A program made the position numbers and the translations under genes. Below, piece by piece: positions 44,799-54,437 of a stretch of DNA of 64,000 nt. The notes under the pieces were generated by a model. It worked only from the letters and a program-made list of their open reading frames with translations. It did not search any database and had not been told where the DNA came from. How positions within the stretch are numbered: the stretch's first letter is position 1; every line of letters begins with the position of its first letter. Source of the DNA: an uncultured Clostridia bacterium (GTDB lineage: Bacteria > Bacillota > Clostridia > Christensenellales > UBA1242); assembly GCA_934747255.1 (NCBI GenBank), contig CAKVGH010000005.1:7273-71272 (forward strand), read 5' to 3'.

Positions 44799-47453
44799 CT
44801 ATTTGTTGTCGCCAGAATTATCTGCTGGTTTTGATTCAATATTTTTGTTTGGTTCTTGATTTGTTAAATCTGCAAATGCAGAGAAATCAAATGTTGAATT
44901 ATCTAGTCCTTGTGGCGCTGGCTTAACACTAAATGCAACTGGCTTTTTCTTTTTAGGTTTTTTTGCTACTACTGCTACTACTGGTTTTTTCGCTATTGAT
45001 TTTTTTGCTGTTGCTGGCTTTTTGGTAGCAGGCTTTTTGGCGGTTGGTTTTTTAACCGTTTTTTTGCTTGCTGGTTTTTTTGCAGTTGATTTTTTTGCAG
45101 GACTCTTTTTTACAACAGTCTTTGTTTCAACTGGCTTTTCTGCCACAACTTCTGCCTTTTCAATTTGTTGTTGCAATTCCTTATATTGTTGTTCTAGTGT
45201 TCTTGTTCTCTCTTCAATTTCACGAGTGAGTTGTGCGTCAATTTTGTCTTGTTCATTTTGCTTGTCGTCTTCGTCCTTAACTTCTGGCAATGCTTCTTGT
45301 ACGGCTTCTTTTTTGTTAGAAACTTCTTCCGCTGGGGCAACTACTTCCGCTGGTTTTTCTTCTTCTGCTTCCGCTTTATCTTCCACAGGTTTTTCTTCAA
45401 CAAGTGCCACATCTTCAACTGGCTTTTCGTCTTGAACTTCTTGACTAGGTTGTTCTTCTACCATAGCAGGAGCATTTTCTTGTGCTTGCTCGTCACTTAC
45501 TTCAAGATTATCAAGTGCCTTCAATTCGTCATCACTTAAAGATAACTTATCTTCATTTTCTTGCGCTGGTTGCTCATTTACTATTTCTTCAACAACTACT
45601 GGTCTTTCTTCGTTTGTAAGTGGTAAAACAACTGGCTCATTTTCTTTTAAAGATTCAACTTTTTCCTCTTTGTTTTCATCAGCAGAAGCATTTTCTTCTT
45701 GTGCAGGTTGTTGATTGTTAATATTTTGAGCATTTAGTTGTTCTAGTTCTTGACGCTTTTTGTCTTCGTCACGCTTTTTGTATGCTTTTAATTGCTTAAT
45801 CTTTTCTTCGTCAGTGTAGTAAGACAATACGCCTTCTTTGTTGTAGTAATATGGGTTGCCGTCTGGGTCGTAGAAGAATTCCATGCCATCGCTATCAAAG
45901 TATCTTGAAACTTCACTATACTTTGCTTTTCTTAATCTTTCGATTTCTCGTTTTAGAACATTGATTTCGTTTGCTCTACTTTCAACTTCCTTGTTTGCAC
46001 CGATGATTTCTTGATTTTTAATTGCAATGTCACGCTTCAAATCATCAACTGTATGTTTAAGGTCTTGAACTGTTGCATTTTCCTTAACCTTTTCTTCATA
46101 CATAGCATTCTTTTTGATGATGTATTGTTCTCTGTCTTCAAGTTCTCGTTCAAGTTTATCTTTTTCATTTTTCAACTTGTCCATTTCTTCAAACACATGA
46201 GAATCTGCAATCTTTTTAAGTTCTTCGTAAATCTTGTCAGAATAGCCCTTAAAGTCATTAACAAGAGTTTTTTCTACCAAGTTTTTGTTGTTTTCAATTT
46301 CAGCACGCTTTCCGTTAATTTGCAATTCAAGTCTTTGCAAGTCTTGGTTGTATCTGTTGCCGTCATCTTCCATTTCCTTTTCAATAACTTGTTGCTTTTT
46401 AACTTCGTCTGCTTGTTGTTTGATAATATCGTTACCAACAATTTTGTTTGTTGTTGTATTGAGTTTTTCTCTCAATCTGTCGATAGTTTCTTTAATATCA
46501 CGCAATTTTCGTTGATTGCTTTTGTTCTTTTCTTCGTAGTTTTTAGTGAGCAAGTCTTTTTGAGTTTGCAATGAATCAATATCGGCAAGCAAAATTTTTC
46601 TGTTACCGAGATAGAATTCACATTCCTTCATTGCTCTATCCATAATAAGCGAACCCTTAACACCCAATTTTGAGAAATCGTAGTTTTCGTGTTCCACTTG
46701 TGATAGTCTTGCTTTTTCGAGTTGCTCTTGTTCGTAAATTGCTCTCTGTTGCAAATATTCTTGAAGTGCTGGAATACCATCGGCAATTTCCTTTTTAGTG
46801 AACAAGATTTCGTAGTCAACGAATGGTGGGAATGATACCACTGCTCTATCTAGTGAATGTTGCATTTGGTCAAAGTTGTAGAATAAATCGTTAAGCAAAG
46901 CATTTCGTCTAGCACTCATAAGGCTGGCAAATAAAATTGTTAATGCAACCATTATTAGTGGAACAATGCTAGAACGCAAAACCAGTTCCATCACGCTGAG
47001 TGATGATGAAGCAAGTGAGCCCATTGTAAACATAAACACAATAATAGCAAAAAAGCCAACTATGTACTTTAATTGTTTAAGACATTGAACAAAGGCACTT
47101 GTTCTAAATGGCTTTGTAATACAATTATCTTCGGTCAAATATTCACTTGGTTTTTGTTGCCTGTTAACCATATATTTTTGCCATTGATAACGCATATTTT
47201 TTGGCATTCTATTTTTCATAATACGGTTAAATTCAACTATATTTTCGTCATTGACAAAAGGGTTGTCTAATAAATATCTGTTGATTTGTTTTACCTTTCT
47301 GTTTGTAACAGATTCAACTGAAAAATAAGCAACAATCAAACTAACAAGAATTATTGTTAATGTTACAGATAATCCAATAATTGTTAGCAAGTTTGTGCCA
47401 ATTACAGTTCCTGCATTCTTAAAAAAATTAACAATGGCATTGAAAATTTCCAT
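44799..47453 (-). CDS. Large membrane-anchored coiled-coil protein with an acidic spacer and a KKPA-repeat (histone-H1-like) C-terminal region
   Basis: It has hydrophobic N-terminal segments (LLTIIGLSVTLTIILVSLIVAYF, IVGFFAIIVFMFTMGSL, IVPLIMVALTILFASL) and ~300 aa of heptad-like K/E/L sequence. An E/P/V-rich block follows, then KKSPAKKSTAKKPASKKTVKKPTAKKPATKKPATAKKSIAKKP. SD AAGGAGAG. Confidence 0.7.
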   Translation of the reverse strand: MEIFNAIVNFFKNAGTVIGTNLLTIIGLSVTLTIILVSLIVAYFSVESVTNRKVKQINRYLLDNPFVNDENIVEFNRIMKNRMPKNMRYQWQKYMVNRQQKPSEYLTEDNCITKPFRTSAFVQCLKQLKYIVGFFAIIVFMFTMGSLASSSLSVMELVLRSSIVPLIMVALTILFASLMSARRNALLNDLFYNFDQMQHSLDRAVVSFPPFVDYEILFTKKEIADGIPALQEYLQQRAIYEQEQLEKARLSQVEHENYDFSKLGVKGSLIMDRAMKECEFYLGNRKILLADIDSLQTQKDLLTKNYEEKNKSNQRKLRDIKETIDRLREKLNTTTNKIVGNDIIKQQADEVKKQQVIEKEMEDDGNRYNQDLQRLELQINGKRAEIENNKNLVEKTLVNDFKGYSDKIYEELKKIADSHVFEEMDKLKNEKDKLERELEDREQYIIKKNAMYEEKVKENATVQDLKHTVDDLKRDIAIKNQEIIGANKEVESRANEINVLKREIERLRKAKYSEVSRYFDSDGMEFFYDPDGNPYYYNKEGVLSYYTDEEKIKQLKAYKKRDEDKKRQELEQLNAQNINNQQPAQEENASADENKEEKVESLKENEPVVLPLTNEERPVVVEEIVNEQPAQENEDKLSLSDDELKALDNLEVSDEQAQENAPAMVEEQPSQEVQDEKPVEDVALVEEKPVEDKAEAEEEKPAEVVAPAEEVSNKKEAVQEALPEVKDEDDKQNEQDKIDAQLTREIEERTRTLEQQYKELQQQIEKAEVVAEKPVETKTVVKKSPAKKSTAKKPASKKTVKKPTAKKPATKKPATAKKSIAKKPVVAVVAKKPKKKKPVAFSVKPAPQGLDNSTFDFSAFADLTNQEPNKNIESKPADNSGDNK

Positions 47454-47508
47454 AAAACTCTCCTTGAAAAATCCTTAATGAGAAAAATTCTCATTTGATT
47501 ACATACCT

Positions 47509-47538
47509 ATTATAATATTTATTTTTTGCATTTGTCAA
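47509..47538 (-). promoter_or_regulatory. Promoter TTGACA-18-TATAAT for the 884-aa gene; the -35 overlaps the addA stop codon
   Basis: Minus strand reads TTGACA (47538..47533), an 18-nt spacer and TATAAT (47514..47509). Confidence 0.55.
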
Positions 47539-50500
47539 ACAATTATTAGTTTATCAAGATAAAAAGAATAAATTATTTTTTTTACTACTTTTTTGCCATA
47601 AAAACTCTCGATTGCCTTTGCATAAAGGTCAAGTTGCAATTGATATTCTTTTTTAAGTCTTTCTTCATTAGAAATTCGTGAAGTTTTGTAGTCTACAAGT
47701 ACTATTCCTTCTGGCTTTATTATCATTAAGTCGACCTTTCCTTGCACAAGTACTCTATTTTGATAATCAGTACTTAAAATGCTTGATAATTTTGGGTAAA
47801 AAATAAACTCTTTTTCCTTGTATAAAACATCGTCTATGCCTAATAGTGACGCAACTTGTTTTTTACATTCGTCAATCTTGTCACATTCTACCATTTGGGC
47901 ATCTAACTGCGTCATATCTTGACTGGCTAGTAAACCAGCAATCACTTCGGTTGCAGTTTGACTTGTATTTGAAAAATCAATGTGTTCCATAACTTTGTGA
48001 TAATTAGTCCCAATAGCAAGAAAATCAGTGTCATCATTTTGCTGTGAATTTGACTTGATTTTAAGGTCTTTGATATTGTAATCTACTTGCTCATTTTCAG
48101 TATTAAGAAGTGCCGTAACAGTGTTTTTGAATGCGTAAGGATTGCTATCAAACTTTATGTTAAAATATTCGTTTAACTGATTTTCAAATTCGAGATTAGG
48201 CAAAGTCTTTTTTTCACTACTATTTTCAAAAGAAATTTCGTTACTACGAAAAACTTTAACTTGATAATTTGTGTCATTTTCAGTTGTGCCAACACTCTTT
48301 TTATTCTTTATGGCAGAAAGCATTGTATCGCTTAATGAACCTAATATCCAAGCCAGATAACTCTTTGCATTTTTAATTTGAAAAGCACTATTTAACTTTT
48401 CTACATTTTCCACATCACAACTACCAACAATATAAAGCATATTTTTGGCTCTCGTTAGTGCAACATATAAAAGTCGCATTTCTTCCTGCTTTTCTTGTAT
48501 CATAGTTTTGAATTTGAAAATGTTTTTTATGATACTTTCTCGCCAAGTTTTATTAAAAATATTATATGTCGACATACTTATGCCCAGTTGGTTGTTTTTA
48601 ATAAGTTTTTCCTTCAAACTCATCGTGCTAAATTGTTTGTTTGTATCGGCAAGAAAAACAACTGGATATTCCAGTCCTTTGCTGGAATGAATAGTACCAA
48701 TATAGACAGAGTTAAGGCTATCTTTAAGGCTTATGTCGGCAGTTTGGTGAGCCGAAAATTCGTCAAGGTAATTTATGAGTGCAGATAAATTATTATTTTC
48801 TATTTGTGATACTATTGAAATAAAATAGTCTATGTTTTGACACATTTCAAGATAGTTTTCAAATGACGAAAACTTTTTATCAAGGTCAAAAATTTTAATA
48901 ATTTCCAGTAAAAGTTCACTTATTGAACCAGCACAAAGTTTTTTTCTTAATACTTCAATTTTAGCAAAAAATTCCTTAATTTTTTTAGACAATCCATCAT
49001 CTTTTTCGGTGTAAAGTCTAACAGCATCACAAAAACTAACACCACTGATTGAAAATTTTATCTTTGCTAAATCATTATCAGTCAAGTCAAACATAGCCGC
49101 CTTCAAACTACTAGCAAGTGCAATATCATCTTGACTATTGTTAATAACTTTTAGAATATTAACCAAAACTTTTACTTCATAGCAATCAAAAATCGGCACT
49201 CTGTACTCACTATTTACAGGAATACCACAATTTGTTAACACACTTGATATATGCTTAATGCTCTCTTTTGTACGGGTCAAAATTGCAATATCTTTATAAT
49301 CAATTTGCCTAAAATCTTTTATATCACTATCATAGATTTTTTTATTTTGCAACTGGGCTATCTGTGAAGCAATCAGCAAGGCTTCGGTGTCTATTTTTTT
49401 TGCTTCACTTAACACCGGCTTGTCTTCTCTTACCGAATAAACTTTTTCCGCTTGGCTTTCTTCTTCATCATCTTGTTTAGCGGTATCAACCAGTAAAATA
49501 TTAACATTAGTTTGATTATTTGTTTTAACACTTTCGCCAAAAACAAGCCTTGAAGTATTTTTATAGTCAAGTTCGCTTGTCTTTTGCGTCATAATATTAT
49601 CAAAGACTAGATTTGCAAATCCTAAAATATTTTTATCACTACGATAGTTTTTGTTTAGTGAAATAAGTTGTTTTTTGTCTTGGTTTGATAAATTTACAGA
49701 TTTATTTATAAAAATTTGTGGATTACAATTTCTAAAATTATAAATACTCTGCTTAACATCGCCCACCATAAAAACATAGTTGTCGCTAGATAGACTAGAA
49801 ATAATGGCTTCTTGAATTTCGTTTGTATCTTGATATTCGTCAACAAAAATTCCTTGAAATCTCTGCTGTAATTGTTTTTTTATATTTTCGGTTTTAAGTA
49901 GTTTTAAGGTGTAATGTTCAAGGTCATTAAAATCTAATACATTTTTTTCTCGCTTTAACAAGTCATATTCACTATCAAACTTTTTTACGATTTCGTATAA
50001 CTTTCCTAGCATTTTTTTGTTAAGTGCAAAATCTTCCTGTAAAATTTTTTCATCTGGCAAATTAAAACATTTTTCATACTTTTCAAATTCAGTTTTGAAA
50101 CTTTTTACCGCCGATTTTGTTTTTTCCAGCAATTCAATATCTTCACTCGTAAAGGTTTTATCACTTCTGTGCGTAGCAAATTTTATATCTTTATAAATTG
50201 CCGAAAGATTTTCAAACTCTGCATTTTTGAATGTTTGAATAGTTTGAAAATCGGTCTGTACAATTTGTAACAATTTTGCGTTATTTAATTGATTTGCTTT
50301 TAATAATAGCCCACCAAACAAATTATTAAAAAACTCTAAAACTCCCCCTATCTCTCCTTTGATAAAATCAACCGCTTGATTTTTTTCAAAGTCTAAATCA
50401 TAACTCTTTTGTAAAGTATTTTCAAAAAAGTCGTCAGTTTTAGACTTAAAAAAGTCACTGAGTAAAATTATATTTTGCTTAAAAACCCCTTCATCTCGAT

Positions 50501-50987
50501 TTTCGTAAAAGAGTTCTAGAATGTTATTAAATTCGACATCGGCATTTTGTTCATAACTTTCAATTACATTATCTAGTGCCTTGTTTTTTAGGTACTGACT
50601 AGTTGTATCTTCCAACACTTGAAAATTTGGGTCGATTTGAACAACATAGAAAAATTCTCTCAACATATTTTGGCAAAACTTATGCAAAGTGCTAATATTT
50701 GCGATACTTAAATTTTCCAATTCTTGTTGATAATAATTATCATTTACTGCTAGTTTTTCCAATTCCGCCTTTAATCTCGATTTCATTTCGAGTGACGCAA
50801 GTTTTGTAAAAGTAACTACTAACATATTGTTAAGACTAATTTTCCTAGTACCCAAAAAGTCTAATATTCTTTCAACCAAAACTTTTGTTTTACCACTACC
50901 AGCACTTGCCGAAACTAGCAACCTTTTTTGGTCACTATGAATTGCTTCATTTTGCTCGGGAGAAAAAACAAGTTTTTCGTTAGGCAT
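47535..50987 (-). CDS. addA: ATP-dependent helicase/nuclease subunit A (AddA)
   Basis: UvrD-like N-terminus LVSASAGSGKTKVL, FVDEYQDTN, and the C-terminal RecB-type nuclease motif GKVDLMIIKPEGIVLVDYKTS. SD GGAGG. It overlaps addB by 8 nt. Confidence 0.9.
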   Translation of the reverse strand: MPNEKLVFSPEQNEAIHSDQKRLLVSASAGSGKTKVLVERILDFLGTRKISLNNMLVVTFTKLASLEMKSRLKAELEKLAVNDNYYQQELENLSIANISTLHKFCQNMLREFFYVVQIDPNFQVLEDTTSQYLKNKALDNVIESYEQNADVEFNNILELFYENRDEGVFKQNIILLSDFFKSKTDDFFENTLQKSYDLDFEKNQAVDFIKGEIGGVLEFFNNLFGGLLLKANQLNNAKLLQIVQTDFQTIQTFKNAEFENLSAIYKDIKFATHRSDKTFTSEDIELLEKTKSAVKSFKTEFEKYEKCFNLPDEKILQEDFALNKKMLGKLYEIVKKFDSEYDLLKREKNVLDFNDLEHYTLKLLKTENIKKQLQQRFQGIFVDEYQDTNEIQEAIISSLSSDNYVFMVGDVKQSIYNFRNCNPQIFINKSVNLSNQDKKQLISLNKNYRSDKNILGFANLVFDNIMTQKTSELDYKNTSRLVFGESVKTNNQTNVNILLVDTAKQDDEEESQAEKVYSVREDKPVLSEAKKIDTEALLIASQIAQLQNKKIYDSDIKDFRQIDYKDIAILTRTKESIKHISSVLTNCGIPVNSEYRVPIFDCYEVKVLVNILKVINNSQDDIALASSLKAAMFDLTDNDLAKIKFSISGVSFCDAVRLYTEKDDGLSKKIKEFFAKIEVLRKKLCAGSISELLLEIIKIFDLDKKFSSFENYLEMCQNIDYFISIVSQIENNNLSALINYLDEFSAHQTADISLKDSLNSVYIGTIHSSKGLEYPVVFLADTNKQFSTMSLKEKLIKNNQLGISMSTYNIFNKTWRESIIKNIFKFKTMIQEKQEEMRLLYVALTRAKNMLYIVGSCDVENVEKLNSAFQIKNAKSYLAWILGSLSDTMLSAIKNKKSVGTTENDTNYQVKVFRSNEISFENSSEKKTLPNLEFENQLNEYFNIKFDSNPYAFKNTVTALLNTENEQVDYNIKDLKIKSNSQQNDDTDFLAIGTNYHKVMEHIDFSNTSQTATEVIAGLLASQDMTQLDAQMVECDKIDECKKQVASLLGIDDVLYKEKEFIFYPKLSSILSTDYQNRVLVQGKVDLMIIKPEGIVLVDYKTSRISNEERLKKEYQLQLDLYAKAIESFYGKKVVKKIIYSFYLDKLIIV

Positions 50988-53900
50988 TTTTATCCTCCAT
51001 TATTTTTTCAAAATCTTGTTTTGTTAGTTTCTTATCTTGCTGTCTTTCGCCACCAACATTGTAATCGTACTCACACAAAACCGCAAACGGACAACTTTGA
51101 CAAGCATTCTTTATTGGACTGGGTTCAATATAGCCATCTAAAATTTCTTCGGTTGCATTTGCTACCAATTTATGACAGTAGTTTTTTATAGCCAAAAACT
51201 CTGCTGGCGATAATGCATATTTGCTACATTCTGCTGATAGCCCAGTACTTGTAAATTTAATCTTAAAAATATCGCTTTGTTTTACTTGTTCAGTTTGCAA
51301 ACTATTATCAAGCCTTTTCATTAAATCAACAGAATCCGTCATTATTCCGCAATACTTATCATTTGCTTGTTCATCAATAAATTTGTTTTTTATTGGTATG
51401 TAAAAAGCACCAACGGGCACAATATCATACATTTTTTCAAGCAATGATAGGTAAATAATAGTTTGAATTTTATTACCATAATATGTGCTAGAATAAGAAA
51501 AATCACTTTTGCCTGTTTTGTAATCAAAAATCACAAAATAGTTATCAATCATATCAACTCGGTCAATTTTTCCTACAATTTTTAGCCCTGAAATATCGTC
51601 TTTTGATTCCACTTGTTTTTCCACATACTTTGGCTTAAAATCGCTAACAGATAATTGCGATTGAATTTTATCGCATAGTCTTTGTGCTTCTAAAATCAAA
51701 CTTTCCGCCTTAAATTTTTCAATGTCCAATTTTCCGTCCATTTTGCCAAAAGATGTAATTAAACACTCATCAATCAATTTGTCAATTTGTTTTTTGGAAA
51801 CTGAATAATTATTGTTGTTGTATAAAACAACAAATTTTTCTGCAACAAGGTGCAAGAAAGTTCCTACATCAACTTTTTTAATGCCGTAAACTTCCCTTTC
51901 CTTTAACCTTAAACCATATTGTGCAAAGTGCTTGTATGGGCAGTTAAAATACCTTTCTAATTGGCTAATAGAAGTGTGCTTTTTTGGAAAAAACAGTGGC
52001 AAAGCAATGTCTTTGTCTAAAATATGCTCTTTTTTTGTATAACCACTTTGTGTAAGATTTTGAGCAGATTTAATGTATTCATTAGTTATTTTTAAGCTCT
52101 TTGTAATTTTTCGAGTATGCTCAAAACTACCAAACAAGTGCAAATAATTTTTTCCCTTAAATTTAAGCAATTCGGCATCATCAAACTCGTTTGCGATTTT
52201 AAGTGTTTCCAAACCTTTTCCGTCAGCAGTAACAAATAATTTTTTTATGCTACCAAAAATTTCACTAGGCTTGGCTGGCGACATAAACGACAAACTTGGA
52301 TACGATATACAAACTTTTTCTGCCGACAAAATTAGTTCAAACAACTTGTATTTTTCTGTCTTATTAACAAATCTAATACTTGGGTTTAGAATGTTTTTTG
52401 AAGATAAGTATTCAATTTCGCTATCGGTTATTAGCCCACAATCATTTTTATACTTTGGCAACTCGCCATCAACCGCCCCTACTATAAATAAATATTCATT
52501 AGGATAAAAGGACGAGTGAGTACAATCCCCAATGTAAATTTTATCAACGCCAAGCGGTACGCTAGATAGACTTGTGCAGGAAAGCAAACTGTCCAGCAAA
52601 CACATAAAATATTCACACGAAATTTGTTCGTCATAAATATATTTTAGATACTCCAAACAAGACAACAATTTTTGATATGCTTGCAAGGTCGCACGCTGAA
52701 ATGAAAGGTCACTTTCGTTATCTGTTCCCATTTTGCCAAGCATATTTTTACAATCAAAAACTTCCAAAGCGGAAAGAAGTAAGTCTGCAAAGTCCTTAAC
52801 TGTTACCGCTTGTTCAAACTTGGAATAAAGTGCAGTTAATTCCTGCATCAAGCTTTGTCTTATAGTTTCAAATTCATCATCAATAAAACTATTAAGCACC
52901 ATTTTGTTTTTAATTCCGCATTTTTTATAGTAATTTTCAAATTTTTCTATTTCTAGAATGTTTTTTTTCAAAAATGGGCTTTTTAATACATCAAAAAGAT
53001 AGTCTTCAAAAAAGGCTGTGTTAAAACAGTAAAACAAGTTGATTAAAAATCTTCCTAAAATATGCTCTTTTAGTGACGACTGGTAATCAAAATAATACGG
53101 CAAATTGTATTCATTAAAAACTTGCGTAAAAATGCTTTTATAGGAATCAAAATTGGTGCAAGCAATATTTATCTTATCAAAAGGGATATTTTTTTCTAAT
53201 CTTAATTGTTTTATTTTTCTAGCCACATAATCTACTTCTGCCTTGTTATTCTCGGCTTCAAGTAACATATAATTGTTTTGACAAATAGCAGGCTTTACAT
53301 TTCCAAGTGCAAACAAGTTTTTAGCCAAAAATTCATTTTGTGTGGAAATTGGCACGATTATATTTTCAATTTCATAATCAACACCATTTTGTCTTAACGA
53401 CTGCATAAATGACTGCAATGTTTCATTTAAGTAAATGTGTTTGTTGCTTTGAACGGTGTTTGCTGATAGACCAATAGTAAAATTTTTGCTTTGTTTTGCA
53501 ATTTTGCAAAGCGATTGCATTTGAACATAACTAAATGTTTCAAACATTCCAACAAAAATGTTTTTATCTGCAAAAAAATTGCTTTTTAGTATAATTTCGT
53601 TGAATTTTTCCAGCAAACTAGCACTATCAAACATATTTTTTGATAATTTTTCGTATTCACTATAAACAAATTTAATATCTTCCAACTTCAAACACAAATT
53701 CAAATTATTTGATTTGGTTGATACTTCATTTGGCGATATTCCGCTGGTTTTTAATTGCAAAATTGTGTTATAAAAATTTTCACTCAATGTACTCGTAAGT
53801 GTGTTTTTTATAAGCCCTAATTTTTGATAATTATCAAGCAAAATCTTGGAAACAAGCATTTGACCACTTTGACTATTTAATAGTTCCATTTCGCCCAATT

Positions 53901-54132
53901 TGCCGTCACATAATCTTTTGACAAGTCTTGTTAGACTCATAATTTCCACATTGAACGAACTTTCGATTTGTAATCTTTCAAAAAGCAATTTTTCGGCATT
54001 CATCGAAAATTTATCAGGCACGATAATTATATTTTGACTTGAAAAATCTTTCCTTACTTGCCCCACCCTGTCTAGCAAAGAATAAAAACTTTTCAGTAGC
54101 GAATTTGAACAAACTATTTTTGCTTTACTCAT
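50980..54132 (-). CDS. addB: ATP-dependent helicase/nuclease subunit B (AddB)
   Basis: 1050 aa with the nuclease motif GKIDRVDMIDNYFVIFDYKTGK and the Fe-S cysteines CPYKHF...CQSCPFAVLC (CxxCxxxxxC). It precedes addA, as in Firmicutes. Confidence 0.9.
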   Translation of the reverse strand: MSKAKIVCSNSLLKSFYSLLDRVGQVRKDFSSQNIIIVPDKFSMNAEKLLFERLQIESSFNVEIMSLTRLVKRLCDGKLGEMELLNSQSGQMLVSKILLDNYQKLGLIKNTLTSTLSENFYNTILQLKTSGISPNEVSTKSNNLNLCLKLEDIKFVYSEYEKLSKNMFDSASLLEKFNEIILKSNFFADKNIFVGMFETFSYVQMQSLCKIAKQSKNFTIGLSANTVQSNKHIYLNETLQSFMQSLRQNGVDYEIENIIVPISTQNEFLAKNLFALGNVKPAICQNNYMLLEAENNKAEVDYVARKIKQLRLEKNIPFDKINIACTNFDSYKSIFTQVFNEYNLPYYFDYQSSLKEHILGRFLINLFYCFNTAFFEDYLFDVLKSPFLKKNILEIEKFENYYKKCGIKNKMVLNSFIDDEFETIRQSLMQELTALYSKFEQAVTVKDFADLLLSALEVFDCKNMLGKMGTDNESDLSFQRATLQAYQKLLSCLEYLKYIYDEQISCEYFMCLLDSLLSCTSLSSVPLGVDKIYIGDCTHSSFYPNEYLFIVGAVDGELPKYKNDCGLITDSEIEYLSSKNILNPSIRFVNKTEKYKLFELILSAEKVCISYPSLSFMSPAKPSEIFGSIKKLFVTADGKGLETLKIANEFDDAELLKFKGKNYLHLFGSFEHTRKITKSLKITNEYIKSAQNLTQSGYTKKEHILDKDIALPLFFPKKHTSISQLERYFNCPYKHFAQYGLRLKEREVYGIKKVDVGTFLHLVAEKFVVLYNNNNYSVSKKQIDKLIDECLITSFGKMDGKLDIEKFKAESLILEAQRLCDKIQSQLSVSDFKPKYVEKQVESKDDISGLKIVGKIDRVDMIDNYFVIFDYKTGKSDFSYSSTYYGNKIQTIIYLSLLEKMYDIVPVGAFYIPIKNKFIDEQANDKYCGIMTDSVDLMKRLDNSLQTEQVKQSDIFKIKFTSTGLSAECSKYALSPAEFLAIKNYCHKLVANATEEILDGYIEPSPIKNACQSCPFAVLCEYDYNVGGERQQDKKLTKQDFEKIMEDKNA

Positions 54133-54138
54133 ACAAAT

Positions 54139-54167
54139 ATGATAGCATTTATAAAAAAATTAGTAAA
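54139..54167 (-). promoter_or_regulatory. Candidate promoter TTTACT-17-TATCAT, 6 nt upstream of the addB ATG (leaderless geometry)
   Basis: Minus strand reads TTTACT (54167..54162), a 17-nt spacer, TATCAT (54144..54139), atttgt, then ATG. No SD. Confidence 0.45.
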
Positions 54168-54180
54168 TAAATTGTTTATA

Positions 54181-54369
54181 CTATTTTTTGCCATCAAATT
54201 TTAATTTTGTTAAATTCTTTTTGCTGTTTAGGTAGTTAAGCACATCTTTGCAATACTTATCTAAATACCTATACAAAAACTTTGCTTCGCTATGCGGTAA
54301 CTTGCGAAGAAGGTAGATTAAATCTAATTCTTCGTAAGTTAAATTATCTATTGTTACCAAGTCTTCCAT
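54181..54369 (-). CDS. Small hypothetical protein (62 aa), divergent partner of the XRE regulator and directly upstream of addB
   Basis: The ORF starts exactly 7 nt past a near-consensus TTGACA-17-TACAAT promoter. No SD and no recognised family. Confidence 0.55.
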   Translation of the reverse strand: MEDLVTIDNLTYEELDLIYLLRKLPHSEAKFLYRYLDKYCKDVLNYLNSKKNLTKLKFDGKK

Positions 54370-54375
54370 ATTGAT

Positions 54376-54404
54376 ATTGTATTCTCGTTTTGCGTGAATG
54401 TCAA
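54376..54404 (-). promoter_or_regulatory. Promoter TTGACA-17-TACAAT, 6 nt upstream of the 62-aa ORF ATG (leaderless geometry)
   Basis: Minus strand reads TTGACA (54404..54399), a 17-nt spacer ttcacgcaaaacgagaa, TACAAT (54381..54376), atcaat, then ATG (54369). Confidence 0.65.
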
Positions 54405-54427
54405 ATATTTATTCTCGTTTTGTGTGA
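54380..54427. repeat. Two 18-nt direct repeats (TATTCTCGTTTTGYGTGA) spaced 30 nt apart; candidate operators of the XRE regulator
   Basis: 54380..54397 reads tattctcgttttgcgtga and 54410..54427 reads tattctcgttttgtgtga, 17 of 18 identical. Repeat 1 fills the spacer of the minus-strand promoter. Repeat 2 fills the spacer and -10 edge of the plus-strand promoter. Confidence 0.65.
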
Positions 54428-54431
54428 TAAT
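54423..54431 (+). promoter_or_regulatory. Extended -10 TGtGATAAT, 6 nt upstream of the XRE gene ATG (leaderless geometry)
   Basis: Plus strand reads TGtGATAAT-aaattt-ATG (54438). No SD and a poor -35. Confidence 0.55.
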
Positions 54432-54437
54432 AAATTT

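Noticed and set aside
44950-45150. Periodic short DNA repeats (ggctttttgg, gctggtttttt and similar) that look superficially like a repeat array.
   Set aside because: The period is irregular (12-21 nt). The repeats lie in-frame inside the 884-aa CDS and encode KKPAxKK units. There are no unique spacers or CRISPR-like repeat length.
47535-47537. A possible alternative genetic code, such as TGA read as Trp or Gly, as in Mollicutes or other reduced low-GC lineages.
   Set aside because: All conserved proteins (EF-Tu, EF-G, DnaE, the r-proteins) are full length under the standard code with no in-frame TGA. TGA also terminates addA at the expected protein length.
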